Shown here in pieces: positions 46,938 through 57,532 of a DNA stretch of 64,000 nucleotides (position 1 is its first letter; each line of letters begins with the position of its first letter). The DNA lies in the IMG/VR virus record IMGVR_UViG_3300030329_003387. The stretch is one strand, 5' to 3'. The notes under the pieces were generated by a model. It did no database searches and was not told the DNA's origin. It saw only the letters and a program-made list of their open reading frames with translations. The translations under genes and the position numbers were made by a program. Source of the stretch: a virus.

Positions 46938-48803
46938 TTACCCCAATGAGGATGCTGGATAGTTATCATCCGGCCCACAATCTTTAGTAGTTGTCATTCC
47001 CTGCACCATAACTTTTCTAGTACAAGCACCGTACTCGCCAGCTTCACAATGGGCGTTAGTTACCATTTCTACACCCATAAACTCACCCTGTAAGATAACA
47101 TGAACAGGAATGCTTTCACTAACTCGTATAGCTTGCCCTCCAGCCCCGCATCCAGCACCATCTTTTGATCTCATATATGACACGGTGACTCTTCTACCAG
47201 TATCATAACTAAGAAACGAGTCTCCTAGCATAAGACCTTGGTTTAATGGGTTTTCAATTATAATTCTTTGATATAACACCGACAAAGCTCTGTGACTGTA
47301 TTCCTCATCAGCTTCATTTACACCTTCAAGCTTGTCTTGTAAATATTCAAATTTGCCATCATAGCTAGAACCCCACCCATGACAAGGAGTACCAATTCTT
47401 CTAGAAAATGGATCTGAAGCCATAGTTTTACTAAACTTATCACCACAATCAGACCTAACATTTCTACCAGAAACAACATGACCCATAGATCTTAGTATAA
47501 TTGCATCATAAAATGGAACACAAGCTGTAGTAGGATCTTCACAAGATACATATGGTCCGGCTGGCCCCTTTTTTACTTGGCACTTACCGCACCACTGAGA
47601 GTCTTCAGGGTCGTATATTTCTATGTCTGGGTAATATTTACTTTTTGGAAAATAAGTATCATACTTACATTGTTTAGAAGGGCATGGGTTTCTATACACT
47701 CTACCTCCACCAGTAGTATTTCCTACACCAAAGTTCCAACTATTTCTTCCGTCTTCACCAGCTGTTGGTAATATACATCTAGCAGCTTTAGATAGATAAA
47801 CTTTATTTTCTCCCGGAGCAGTCCAGACTTTTCTGTCGGTATCCCACCTTAAATCCACAGGACCAGTCTTCCATTTGTCTATCCTTGATAAGTGACCTGA
47901 AAGAAAGTGCTTCTGAGGTTTGTCTTCTTCAAGATAGTCTGGAAGCCCCGTTGGTTTTCCATAGTCTTTTGATTTTGCTGAGGTATTTTTAAATTCCGCG
48001 TCAAATTTTTTGTTAGGGACAGGGTTTGATTCTAGGTCATACCCCCAACCAGTTATGACAAGAGGTCCTCTTAAAGACATAGGTCTCGCTGCACCTTGTG
48101 GTCGTGTATTTATTTTACCGAGTGCAGGCTCATCTTCTCCATGACCACCTTCATCAGCCCTAACATCTACATTTCCGGGCTGAGAACCTCTATTGACTAC
48201 TGCTATATGATGACCTTTAGCAAAAGGATTCAAGGTAGCTGAAGTAACAACACCAGAGCCGACATGCCACCATTCTATTAATCTTGAGGGCTTTTCGTAG
48301 GGAGGCAGTCTGTTTTGATTAATACCCGGCCTTCCCGTTCCTCCTTGTGGATCTGCATACTCAGCCCCTTGACCTTCAGGTTTTCTTTCAACAAAAGTTG
48401 TAGACATTGGAAGTAATAAACCATCACTACTCATGGCAGATGTAGATTGATGCTTTAGTTTATCTACAGTCCCTCCACCTCTTGGATCATCTAACCCTTG
48501 AGCTTGGTTAGTTGTGTACTGAGATTTGTCAACCATTGCAACACTAGGAGCTGACGTGTCTTCTGTATAACCGTCTGGGTTGTTTGCGTCAGTAGGAATA
48601 ACTTCTATTCCATCTTCATTTTTTTGAGTTATCGGTTCTCTATTGGGTTCTCCAAGAGAACCTTTAAATATGCCAGCACCATAACGAGGCTGTCTTGGTT
48701 GATTTGAACCAGCCCTTTGTTCACGTCTAGTAGACTTAGACTGCTCTCTAGTCTGCTTACGCTCTTCTCTTCTTTGTCTTAATTTATCTCCGAAATTTCC
48801 CAT
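46938..48803 (-). CDS. putative tail/baseplate protein
   Basis: Position after the hub-like gene; LRGPLVITGWGYD, GPVDLRWD; Cys-rich C-terminus. Confidence 0.55.
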   Translation of the reverse strand: MGNFGDKLRQRREERKQTREQSKSTRREQRAGSNQPRQPRYGAGIFKGSLGEPNREPITQKNEDGIEVIPTDANNPDGYTEDTSAPSVAMVDKSQYTTNQAQGLDDPRGGGTVDKLKHQSTSAMSSDGLLLPMSTTFVERKPEGQGAEYADPQGGTGRPGINQNRLPPYEKPSRLIEWWHVGSGVVTSATLNPFAKGHHIAVVNRGSQPGNVDVRADEGGHGEDEPALGKINTRPQGAARPMSLRGPLVITGWGYDLESNPVPNKKFDAEFKNTSAKSKDYGKPTGLPDYLEEDKPQKHFLSGHLSRIDKWKTGPVDLRWDTDRKVWTAPGENKVYLSKAARCILPTAGEDGRNSWNFGVGNTTGGGRVYRNPCPSKQCKYDTYFPKSKYYPDIEIYDPEDSQWCGKCQVKKGPAGPYVSCEDPTTACVPFYDAIILRSMGHVVSGRNVRSDCGDKFSKTMASDPFSRRIGTPCHGWGSSYDGKFEYLQDKLEGVNEADEEYSHRALSVLYQRIIIENPLNQGLMLGDSFLSYDTGRRVTVSYMRSKDGAGCGAGGQAIRVSESIPVHVILQGEFMGVEMVTNAHCEAGEYGACTRKVMVQGMTTTKDCGPDDNYPASSLG

Positions 48804-48816
48804 TTTTCTCTCCTAA

Positions 48817-51800
48817 CTATATAGGCTGAAACCCGTTAGCGAGATCGTGAGCTAGTTGAATGAAGTCTTCAGCGCCTTGACGCATTCTATTCTCATATAT
48901 CTCGTTAAGTTTATGGGCTTTTCTTTGTGTTTTCATTGTGTAGGTTGTAGTAACGCCATTATCACCAATATTTATACTAACATCTGTTACATATGGACCT
49001 GTGTCTAATAGTTGAAGACCCATGATTGTAGGTTTATTTGTGTCTAAAGTGCTTGGAAGTCCAGCTAAAGTAACAGTACCACTTTCATTTGCTACACCAT
49101 TAGTAGCGCCAGCAGGCTCTACAGCCGCTTGAAGTTTAGCAGTTGCCGCTAACTCCATATTATCAAATCCTCCAAAATTTTCTGGAGCAAAAGTATTATC
49201 AATTTCTAACCTTGCTTTACCAAAACCTCTACCTTCTGCCCAAGGACCCCATCTATACCTATTGCTTTTCATAGGAACTCCAACAGTCCAAGGCTTAAAC
49301 ATAGCTGCGGCTAAACTAAATCTTCCACTACCCTCTTTATCATTGTCACCAATATAGTTGAATGTGTTGAATGCGGCTCTAGGATGGTTAGCATCTCCGT
49401 GGAACAAAGTCCTCCCGTCATCAACGCGCCAAAGAGGAATAGCTGCCAATGTTGCATATCTGTTTATTTGACCGTCAGCACTAATAAAGCTATTCAACGC
49501 ACCTACGTTTCTTCTCCAGAATGAATTAGCAGGAACCCCATTTAATCCACCGCCATAAGTGGGAACCATAGCTTGAACCATATCGGTATCGTTATAAACA
49601 GCGGGACTTGCTATCTCTATCATAGCATATGGCTTCACAGTTCCACTCGTCGCTCTTCCTGTTTGTATTGCGTATGTTGTAGGATTCCACAACCAATATA
49701 CCTGTTCGTCTACCATAGCTTTTGAATAAACTTTGCCAATACTGTCGCCGCCCATAGAATTTGCAGGCATCAAATTGGTAACGTGATACTGAGTAGGATC
49801 TAACTCTATAGGAAATCCACCATTAGGAAAGTAGATACTTGACATATTTTTACTTATGACTTGTTTGTGCATGTTAGGATAAACAGCAAAAGGCATAAGC
49901 TTTCCAGACTGATCAAAGAAGCTTATATTTTGTGGGTATCTTTTTGCAAGCTCTGGAGTTGTTATATCAATATCAACCCAGCCAGACTGAGATGGCTCCC
50001 AAGAAGATTCAAATTGATAAACTTCATCGCTTATTTGTCTTAGATGTTGGCCTACTTCGTTAGGGGTAAATGGAAGAGGGACTAAATATTTTCTGCCGTA
50101 AAATTCATTAGCTACTTTAGCTACTCTTTGGTAAACTTCAGAAAGCGTCGATTCTACGGTCGCTCCTTGAACTTTTGTTCCAGCCCCAGTTCCTGTGTCT
50201 ATTTCCACCTCCTGCATTCTTCCGTCACCACCAGCGTTTGCATCCGTAGCAACGCCTGTGTGCTGAACCCCTAGCCATCTATTAAAGCTATGTACACTAG
50301 AACCTCCCATAACAGTTATTGGTTTTGTGTATTTGATATCGCCGTTTTCATCTTTTTTGCAAGAACCAACCCCTTCTCCAGCTGGTATCGTGCCAGCTTG
50401 AGAATCTTCTATTGTATAAGTTTCACAAGTAATAGAGCTATGTACACTCCCACTTAAATCAAAAGCATTAGCAGCAGCTGTTGTTGTCCCCATTTGCATA
50501 GGACATGTAGATGCTCCCATATTACAGTGCAGCCAAGGTTCAAATATTATAGTATACTCCCTCCAAGACTCCTCCCCTTCAATAGCAGCTCTTAGTGCGG
50601 TAACCGTTGTATAATAAAAATGACTATAATCTCCATTATTAGTTACCGGACCACCTCTCCATCCAGTACCAGCTAGGTTAATTGGTATTACATTTACTGG
50701 AGGTATATGCCAGTCCCAACTAACAAGCCTCCCCTTATTGCCGTCTGGGTTTTTACAGTAAGTACCAATTAAATTGCCGCCCTTCATTTGGGGTCTTAGC
50801 ATATAAGGATTTTCTAGACAGTGATTACTAATTTCATTGTTAAAACAACAGTCTTCATTGATAAAAACACTAGATCTATTGTCAAACTTTTGATTTAGTA
50901 ATTTATATCTATATGTCGGACCTGCCTGTCCGTGAGAGTAACACCAGCTATGATATGGATTTTTACAAACAGGAAGTTTTGCTTCATATCCAGTTGGATT
51001 TTTTACAACCATTGAAGTACTGCTTCCAATGACAGGCATAGTTCTTCCTGATACAGGAAGGTTCACTGTACTGTAAGGATTATAATATTCAAATATTGTG
51101 AATATACCCTCATTAGTATCGAAGTCATTGTATGGGTTGTCATCAGCAAAACCGCCCATAATAGGAATACCTTCAGCTCTTTGCTGCAATAAAGCAATAG
51201 AGGCAAACGGTCCTTTTAGTTTATCAACACCCTTTAAGAAGCCCCAACAAGGGAAAATGTCTAATAAGCCGTCACCCCAAGTTCCTGTAGGCATAAATGG
51301 AGCTTTAGTTCCTGCTGGAAGAGGGCCAGCTAAGTTAGCTAATCCAGCAGCAGTATTCATGTTAGGAACTAAGGATTTTCCATAAGCGATATAATCGTCA
51401 TTAGATGCTGGAGAAGGACTTGCGGGTACATTACTTATAGCACCAAGAACGCCACCAGAAGCTTGATCATAGCTATGACCTCTTACGTATGGAAAATTAT
51501 GAGGGTTATACCATCCGGGATTGCCATAAGTTACTCCGTCATGCTCCATACTTGGGAGAAATTCCTGAAGTTTCTCAGAACCAGCAGTAAATCTTTCACG
51601 TATCATGCCCGCATTTATGCGCGTAAACCAGCCAATATCACTGACACCCACAACTCTAGTTCTCTCAGCGCCTAACATCATTATTCCGGAAAGAGGGTCC
51701 TTGTATTCATAACCCATACTTTCAGACACAATTCTGTTAGTCCAAGGATGACTTGTTCCTGTTGCTCCACAAACTTCGTCATCATGAGCTGTGTCTATAG

Positions 51801-53016
51801 CTTTTCTTATTTTTCCATATTCTATAGGTGCGTTTCTGGGTATAGGTATAATTTTTATTACACCTGAATATTCTCTATCCGGGTCTGTTTTTTTTAACAC
51901 GCCTGTTTGTTCGAGCTGGACAAAGAAATCCGCACCTGCCATTTCACATATATTTTGAATTAAGGCCAAGAGAGACATTTTCTCGCCCTTAATTCTATAT
52001 TCATCAGGTATGAGACCTCCGTTGTCGATACTAAGATTGTCTAACTCTGTTAAATCAACTTTATAGCGATGAACATTAATTGGCTCTGTAGCTTTTATTA
52101 CTTGATCGACTCTACTGTCCCGAACGTAATAAAGCGGACCCCCTAACCTTTCTAAATCACTCCCAGCAGCTATATCGTATTTACCTTGAAGTATAGCCTG
52201 ACAAGCTGTTAAAACTTTTCTCCACAAAAACCCATTTCTATTTGTTAAGGCTGCTCCAAAATCATAATATTCATAATAACCATAAGCATTGAGTATATTG
52301 TAGTAACCCATATAACCATTTGTTAGGGTTCTAGCATTTGTTTGCTTGCCGTCATCAAACTTATCTATCATGCCAAAAGACTTATCTGGAGGAGCAGTAG
52401 TTCCAGCATAACCGTTTAGTATTACTTGAGTTCCTTCAAGAAGCTGTCTTGGGTCTACAAGATTAACTTCATAAACTGTTCCACTAGTTCCTTTAGTTCT
52501 TTTATATGAGTTTACTATTCCATTAAACTCAAAAACCTTTTCTAACCTTTCCTGATTAAACTGCTTTTGTTTGTTTTCACCTGAAGGTTTAAGCCAGCTA
52601 AAACCGGCTGTAACACAAGTGTCCTCAGTTTCATACTGAGGTTTTTCTGTATAATTACCTAAAACATCATCTCCTGTACCTACATTTGTATCGTAACATT
52701 TTCCACAATTTGGAATTAACGATTTATAATAAACAAAATAAGCCGGTTCTCCAGTTATAGGAGCATAAAATTTATCACCAGTAGATGTATAATTTTTAGT
52801 AGCGCCTTCAGGAAATCCAGTGTCTTTTTCCCATATATGATAACCCTCATCAACTGCGTTTGGTTTTCTTGTATTAGCCTCGTCTTCAACTAAAGTTACA
52901 TTCACAGTAGTGCTATTACTGTTGAAACCCATACTGGTATTCCAATTTTTAACAGAAGCCCCAAGAAAAGTCTGTTGAAACAGATATTCTTTATCATATG
53001 ATGTGTTTATAGTCAT
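48817..53016 (-). CDS. putative baseplate hub/tail-tip protein
   Basis: FNGIVNSY...YEVNLVDPR, LLALIQNICEMAG.DFFV, and C-terminal ESGTVTLAG...VTDVSINIG.NGVTTTY, all typical of hub proteins. Confidence 0.6.
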   Translation of the reverse strand: MTINTSYDKEYLFQQTFLGASVKNWNTSMGFNSNSTTVNVTLVEDEANTRKPNAVDEGYHIWEKDTGFPEGATKNYTSTGDKFYAPITGEPAYFVYYKSLIPNCGKCYDTNVGTGDDVLGNYTEKPQYETEDTCVTAGFSWLKPSGENKQKQFNQERLEKVFEFNGIVNSYKRTKGTSGTVYEVNLVDPRQLLEGTQVILNGYAGTTAPPDKSFGMIDKFDDGKQTNARTLTNGYMGYYNILNAYGYYEYYDFGAALTNRNGFLWRKVLTACQAILQGKYDIAAGSDLERLGGPLYYVRDSRVDQVIKATEPINVHRYKVDLTELDNLSIDNGGLIPDEYRIKGEKMSLLALIQNICEMAGADFFVQLEQTGVLKKTDPDREYSGVIKIIPIPRNAPIEYGKIRKAIDTAHDDEVCGATGTSHPWTNRIVSESMGYEYKDPLSGIMMLGAERTRVVGVSDIGWFTRINAGMIRERFTAGSEKLQEFLPSMEHDGVTYGNPGWYNPHNFPYVRGHSYDQASGGVLGAISNVPASPSPASNDDYIAYGKSLVPNMNTAAGLANLAGPLPAGTKAPFMPTGTWGDGLLDIFPCWGFLKGVDKLKGPFASIALLQQRAEGIPIMGGFADDNPYNDFDTNEGIFTIFEYYNPYSTVNLPVSGRTMPVIGSSTSMVVKNPTGYEAKLPVCKNPYHSWCYSHGQAGPTYRYKLLNQKFDNRSSVFINEDCCFNNEISNHCLENPYMLRPQMKGGNLIGTYCKNPDGNKGRLVSWDWHIPPVNVIPINLAGTGWRGGPVTNNGDYSHFYYTTVTALRAAIEGEESWREYTIIFEPWLHCNMGASTCPMQMGTTTAAANAFDLSGSVHSSITCETYTIEDSQAGTIPAGEGVGSCKKDENGDIKYTKPITVMGGSSVHSFNRWLGVQHTGVATDANAGGDGRMQEVEIDTGTGAGTKVQGATVESTLSEVYQRVAKVANEFYGRKYLVPLPFTPNEVGQHLRQISDEVYQFESSWEPSQSGWVDIDITTPELAKRYPQNISFFDQSGKLMPFAVYPNMHKQVISKNMSSIYFPNGGFPIELDPTQYHVTNLMPANSMGGDSIGKVYSKAMVDEQVYWLWNPTTYAIQTGRATSGTVKPYAMIEIASPAVYNDTDMVQAMVPTYGGGLNGVPANSFWRRNVGALNSFISADGQINRYATLAAIPLWRVDDGRTLFHGDANHPRAAFNTFNYIGDNDKEGSGRFSLAAAMFKPWTVGVPMKSNRYRWGPWAEGRGFGKARLEIDNTFAPENFGGFDNMELAATAKLQAAVEPAGATNGVANESGTVTLAGLPSTLDTNKPTIMGLQLLDTGPYVTDVSINIGDNGVTTTYTMKTQRKAHKLNEIYENRMRQGAEDFIQLAHDLANGFQPI

Positions 53017-53019
53017 ATT

Positions 53020-55035
53020 TTATCTCTTAGTTCCCGGATAGGTATTATCTGCGCCAGTAACTCCGTCTACATCATCTCCACAAATATAACTTTCACTTAG
53101 CTCATAAGTCCAACCCATAGTCCAGCTCCAAGATCCACTTTGAGGATCCCAGTTTTCTTGAGGGGCGGTGTCTGCATAGTATACACGAGCATGTGTAGGA
53201 GTAAATTTATCTACAATTTGTCTTATAGCATCTCTTTGACTAAGTGACCCAACGCCACCCGGTATTGTTGAAACCATGCTAGGTTTTTTTGCATTAGCAT
53301 CGCTATAATCTGAAGCCAAATAATTTGGGTTATCAACCCACTTTCTGTCTGAAGTTGTTCCGTCTGGATTTTTTGTACAGCTATCTTCATCTTCATGTAA
53401 GGTCTTATATGAATTAGGATCTATACAAAATTTTGTACTATCAACATCTACAACACAGTTCATTGACATTGTTCTTTTCCAAGGGCCTTGAGTTCCTATG
53501 TTTTGAAGTATAGGGCCAACTTTTCTTCCTATAACCTGCTGCTGCGCTATTATGTTACCGGGATACGTGTCATTAATTGAAACTGCTTCTGTTTTACAAA
53601 ATGGTATGTGATATTTTCTATTCTCAAACGTATAGCTGTAAGTTATATTTCCGGTTTGTGGATTTCTTGTTATATTGCTATTTGTTGGTGTGGGTATTAT
53701 AGTACTGTCTTCGGACCATTTTTGCGCAGATTTATATAGCATTGGTTTTAACAACGCAAACTGCGCTTGTGCGTTTATATACTTTTCATAACCATTGACT
53801 TCTGTTCTTGCCAACTCAAAATTGTTCTTGTTACCATCATTAGCGCCAGATGATTTCGTCTGCCCGTTTCCGTCAATCTTAGCCGTTGTATCATATTCTG
53901 AGTCTCCAGCTAGCCTAACACCCTGTATCGTTCCGTTAATTGTTATGGCGGTCTTACCATGCCCAGAATCTCCACCTCTTGTAAACTGCATAGTTTCAAC
54001 AGCTAAAGTATGCTCTGGTAATAAATCAAAAGTTTCTGTCACACTAAAAGTGCCGTCCATCTCCCCTATACTTTGTGTCTTCTCGTAATTATATACGGTA
54101 TATTTTGTTATGGTTTTTCCTCTAAGCTTGTTATCACCTGTTATGTCGTAAGGAATATTAGAGCCATATAAAGAAAGGTCTACTTCTCTATCACCTTCCA
54201 TGACGTGCGACCCAAACATTAATTTTTTTCTACAAAAATCTCTAGCCTGCGACCAAGCTTCTCCATTAAGCTTATTAAAAAACCCATCTTTAGAATCTTC
54301 CGCCAAGCCATCCCTACCAAATCTTTCGGTAGCATACCCTTGCGCTCCGCCACCTTCAAATCTTCGTTTTCCGGTCGCGTTAACCGTATGACTAACTTTG
54401 TAAGTAGGAAAAGTACCTAATGAAAATTTTCCGAGTTGGAGAAAGCCGCCAGTGTCAGGGTCGTGATTAAGAAAAACCTGTTCGTTATCTTCGCTGATTT
54501 CCCAACTCTCACCAGCCGCACTAACAAGTTCATGCCCCTGAAGAGTCATGTCATCTGGGTCATTGACTCCAGCACCCTGCAAAGAATAAGACTCAAGAAC
54601 AACAGTGTAAGGTTGAACGTATATATTTCCCGGAGCTTGTTCAGGAAATGTAACGGAAACAATAGTTGGATTACATTTGATAGTAGCCGCTCCAGTAAAA
54701 GGAGCGGTTATAGCCAGTTCACCACCCTCATTAACTTTAGAAAATAGCTTTCTTAAAAGTTGCTGCTTCTTTAATATGTCTGTATATGCATGAGCGTGAA
54801 CGTGATCGTCAATAATTTTGTCAGCGCTGTCTGTCAGAAAACCGTTGGTTGCGTCTGCATGAGTAGACGGAGACCCTCTGTCAGGAACTAAAGTCCCATT
54901 TAAAGTAATCGTATAAGTAACACCTAATATCTGACCATCTCCAGACCTGTCGTAGTTTTTATCTATCGACACAAAAGGAGCTGGCGTCAAATAACAAATT
55001 TGATTTGGTTCATGTGCATGATATGAAACTGGCAT
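53020..55035 (-). CDS. putative tail structural protein
   Basis: Repeated beta motifs (TITLNGTL, ITINGTIQG, GTFSVTETF, GNITYSYTF); position in tail block. Confidence 0.55.
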   Translation of the reverse strand: MPVSYHAHEPNQICYLTPAPFVSIDKNYDRSGDGQILGVTYTITLNGTLVPDRGSPSTHADATNGFLTDSADKIIDDHVHAHAYTDILKKQQLLRKLFSKVNEGGELAITAPFTGAATIKCNPTIVSVTFPEQAPGNIYVQPYTVVLESYSLQGAGVNDPDDMTLQGHELVSAAGESWEISEDNEQVFLNHDPDTGGFLQLGKFSLGTFPTYKVSHTVNATGKRRFEGGGAQGYATERFGRDGLAEDSKDGFFNKLNGEAWSQARDFCRKKLMFGSHVMEGDREVDLSLYGSNIPYDITGDNKLRGKTITKYTVYNYEKTQSIGEMDGTFSVTETFDLLPEHTLAVETMQFTRGGDSGHGKTAITINGTIQGVRLAGDSEYDTTAKIDGNGQTKSSGANDGNKNNFELARTEVNGYEKYINAQAQFALLKPMLYKSAQKWSEDSTIIPTPTNSNITRNPQTGNITYSYTFENRKYHIPFCKTEAVSINDTYPGNIIAQQQVIGRKVGPILQNIGTQGPWKRTMSMNCVVDVDSTKFCIDPNSYKTLHEDEDSCTKNPDGTTSDRKWVDNPNYLASDYSDANAKKPSMVSTIPGGVGSLSQRDAIRQIVDKFTPTHARVYYADTAPQENWDPQSGSWSWTMGWTYELSESYICGDDVDGVTGADNTYPGTKR

Positions 55036-55043
55036 TTTTTCAC

Positions 55044-57521
55044 CTAATCTGTAGTTCTATAACCTTGAGTATATAAAGTTGCATCCCAATTACCGCTGGA
55101 TTTTATGGAAGGAATAACTAGATCCATTGTTCCGCTAGATATGGTTCTCCCAACAGTTACCATGTCCGCACTATTATTAGTATTTACAATAGGCTTTCCA
55201 CTAAACCTTTTACCCTTAACCAAAAATTGTGGATCATCCGGCTGCATATATAGATTCATTGAATCATTATGTTTATACTCCGAAGGACCAAGTAAATATA
55301 GCTTTGTAGTATTGACCCCACTTTCCGTTGTCTTTACTGATAACGGCATAGTAGCTATAGGCTTCTTACCTTGAATAAACTGTGGAAAATTGATATTGAA
55401 TTTTGCAGGATCAATTTTAGGGAATGCTAGGTTCATTCCTACTTCTGCAACACCAGTAGGAGCTTCTGGTATTATCAAAAGGGGCATAGTTTTTTGTATG
55501 TATGGGTAAATATTTACGCCACCCTTAGTTTCTAAGTTCAAGTTATTATTTGCATAATAAACCTTACCGCCGATAAACAGCGTTTTTGTCATTTTTTCAA
55601 TAGCGCCGAGAAGACTTAAGTTCATGCTGTCATTAATTGTTACGCCAGCATTAGCACTAAGATAGCCATGACCTGTATCACCCATACTGGTTTTGGCATC
55701 TTGATTTATGACTAGCGGCATACTCTGTGTAGCTTTGTCAGTAAATACCGTTAATCTAAGATCGCCTGAAGCTTTCGCTTTCAAGCCGCCATCGACAAAC
55801 AATGGAAGGTCAACGCCATTTCCGGGAGATAAGGGATTTCCGGCAACGGTTAGTTGTCCATCAATATTGTTGTACTTGTTATATCTGTCAAACCCTGTGT
55901 ATCTTATCTTTGTTGAGTAAACTTTAAATTCAGCATCATATGGATGGTCGTACTCTGGGTAGAATACTGTAAGGTTAAGTTTATGTTCTCTAAAGTCTTC
56001 TCTAAAAGAATTTCCATTTTGATAGAAGTTGCTGACCCCATCTAATGGAGCTTCAAAGGTAATCTTTTGCTTTTCCCCAGAAGGAACCATAATCCCACTA
56101 GGAAACCAATTCAAACTTTTATATTTATTTATTAAAAGTTCATGTTCTTTATGCAATAACGCGGCTGAAAACTTAGCTCCACTTGGGTGATTTGTACTGT
56201 TCTCTACCCATACATCTACAGCAACGGTATCAAGTTGGTGGAAGGTAGGAGGTGTTTCTTCTATCCTAACACTTAGAACAGATGACACAGCGTAGTTTGA
56301 ATTGCCCCAAAGATTTGTGTCATAAGCTCCACCTAAAGCTTTTTCGCTATTACCTGAAGCTACAGTAAATTCAATATAGTCTTTGTCTTGAGCGTCAAAA
56401 GCCCCACTAAATAAACCAGCCTTAAAAGCAGCTCCGGTTGGCGCAGAATAACTTTTTATAATATCTGTAACGCCAAACGTATGATTATAAAACTTACTAA
56501 CCTCTTCGTCGCTAAAAGTCTTGTTACTAATACCTACTTCGTCTACCCATCCGGTATAACCACGTTCAGATATGGCAAACCCTCGTTTACCTAAAATTAT
56601 GTCAGTATTATCAGCTCCAGTTACGTCCCTGCTAAAAGTATTGGACTCACCTTCAATTTTACCGTTTACATAAATCTTTAATCTTGACTCGCCAGAAGCA
56701 AAAACTCCAACAACATGTGCTGGATATTTGTATTCTTGATAGTTCTTTGCTGACTTTGCTACAAAAGCTGTGTTAAGACCAGAAACGTTTCCATCAGAAC
56801 GTATGTAGAACTTGCCGTCAAAGTCACAGCCTAGAACAAATTTAGCTGGATTTTCTTTGTGCTGAGCGAGAATAACGGTATCACTTATATCGCCACTGGG
56901 TAATATTTTAGAGTAAACCGTAAAGCCCTTTGCGTCACTTAGACTGACGCCGCTACCTAAATTAACATTGGCTCTTTCAGAAAGGAATAGACATCTTTCT
57001 TGTATAGCTTCTCGACCTACTATACCTACGAGATCTCCGGCCTTTTGCCATACAGCAAAACCGTCTCCAGCAGAGTCTCCATCGGCAGTACCGGAAGAAC
57101 CACCACCAACACCTGCGGTACATGGGCCGGAAACAACACCACCCATATAACCAGCTCCGTCAGGTGGATCTGTACATCCACAAGTAGCGTCGTATGAATC
57201 AGGTTGATCTCCACATAGGTTTGAATATAAAAACCATTCAGCCCCATCCCACATCCAAGCGCAACCCTCTGGGTCACAACCCAGTCCACTGGCATTAGTG
57301 GATGTGCCTTTTTTAGACTTTACAACAGGAGAGCCAGAATACAGACCGCTACCCTCAAGAGGCATGTAAAGTTTATTAAACTTCCTTACAATCTCTTTAT
57401 TGTAACTCCCTCGCCAGTATCCGAATTCTCTGTTTACACCACTAGGAAATATTTCTCTTTCCTCTACGTGGGCAACACTTCCGAATATGACTAGGCCCAT
57501 ATTTCCTGAAGAAGCGGTCAT
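55044..57521 (-). CDS. LamG/concanavalin-A-like domain virion protein
   Basis: HVVGVF...LKIYVNGK...IILG...GWVDEVGISNKTFSDEEV..FY; short N-terminal Cys module; C-terminal MxL repeats. Confidence 0.75.
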   Translation of the reverse strand: MTASSGNMGLVIFGSVAHVEEREIFPSGVNREFGYWRGSYNKEIVRKFNKLYMPLEGSGLYSGSPVVKSKKGTSTNASGLGCDPEGCAWMWDGAEWFLYSNLCGDQPDSYDATCGCTDPPDGAGYMGGVVSGPCTAGVGGGSSGTADGDSAGDGFAVWQKAGDLVGIVGREAIQERCLFLSERANVNLGSGVSLSDAKGFTVYSKILPSGDISDTVILAQHKENPAKFVLGCDFDGKFYIRSDGNVSGLNTAFVAKSAKNYQEYKYPAHVVGVFASGESRLKIYVNGKIEGESNTFSRDVTGADNTDIILGKRGFAISERGYTGWVDEVGISNKTFSDEEVSKFYNHTFGVTDIIKSYSAPTGAAFKAGLFSGAFDAQDKDYIEFTVASGNSEKALGGAYDTNLWGNSNYAVSSVLSVRIEETPPTFHQLDTVAVDVWVENSTNHPSGAKFSAALLHKEHELLINKYKSLNWFPSGIMVPSGEKQKITFEAPLDGVSNFYQNGNSFREDFREHKLNLTVFYPEYDHPYDAEFKVYSTKIRYTGFDRYNKYNNIDGQLTVAGNPLSPGNGVDLPLFVDGGLKAKASGDLRLTVFTDKATQSMPLVINQDAKTSMGDTGHGYLSANAGVTINDSMNLSLLGAIEKMTKTLFIGGKVYYANNNLNLETKGGVNIYPYIQKTMPLLIIPEAPTGVAEVGMNLAFPKIDPAKFNINFPQFIQGKKPIATMPLSVKTTESGVNTTKLYLLGPSEYKHNDSMNLYMQPDDPQFLVKGKRFSGKPIVNTNNSADMVTVGRTISSGTMDLVIPSIKSSGNWDATLYTQGYRTTD

Positions 57522-57532
57522 TAATTATTCCT

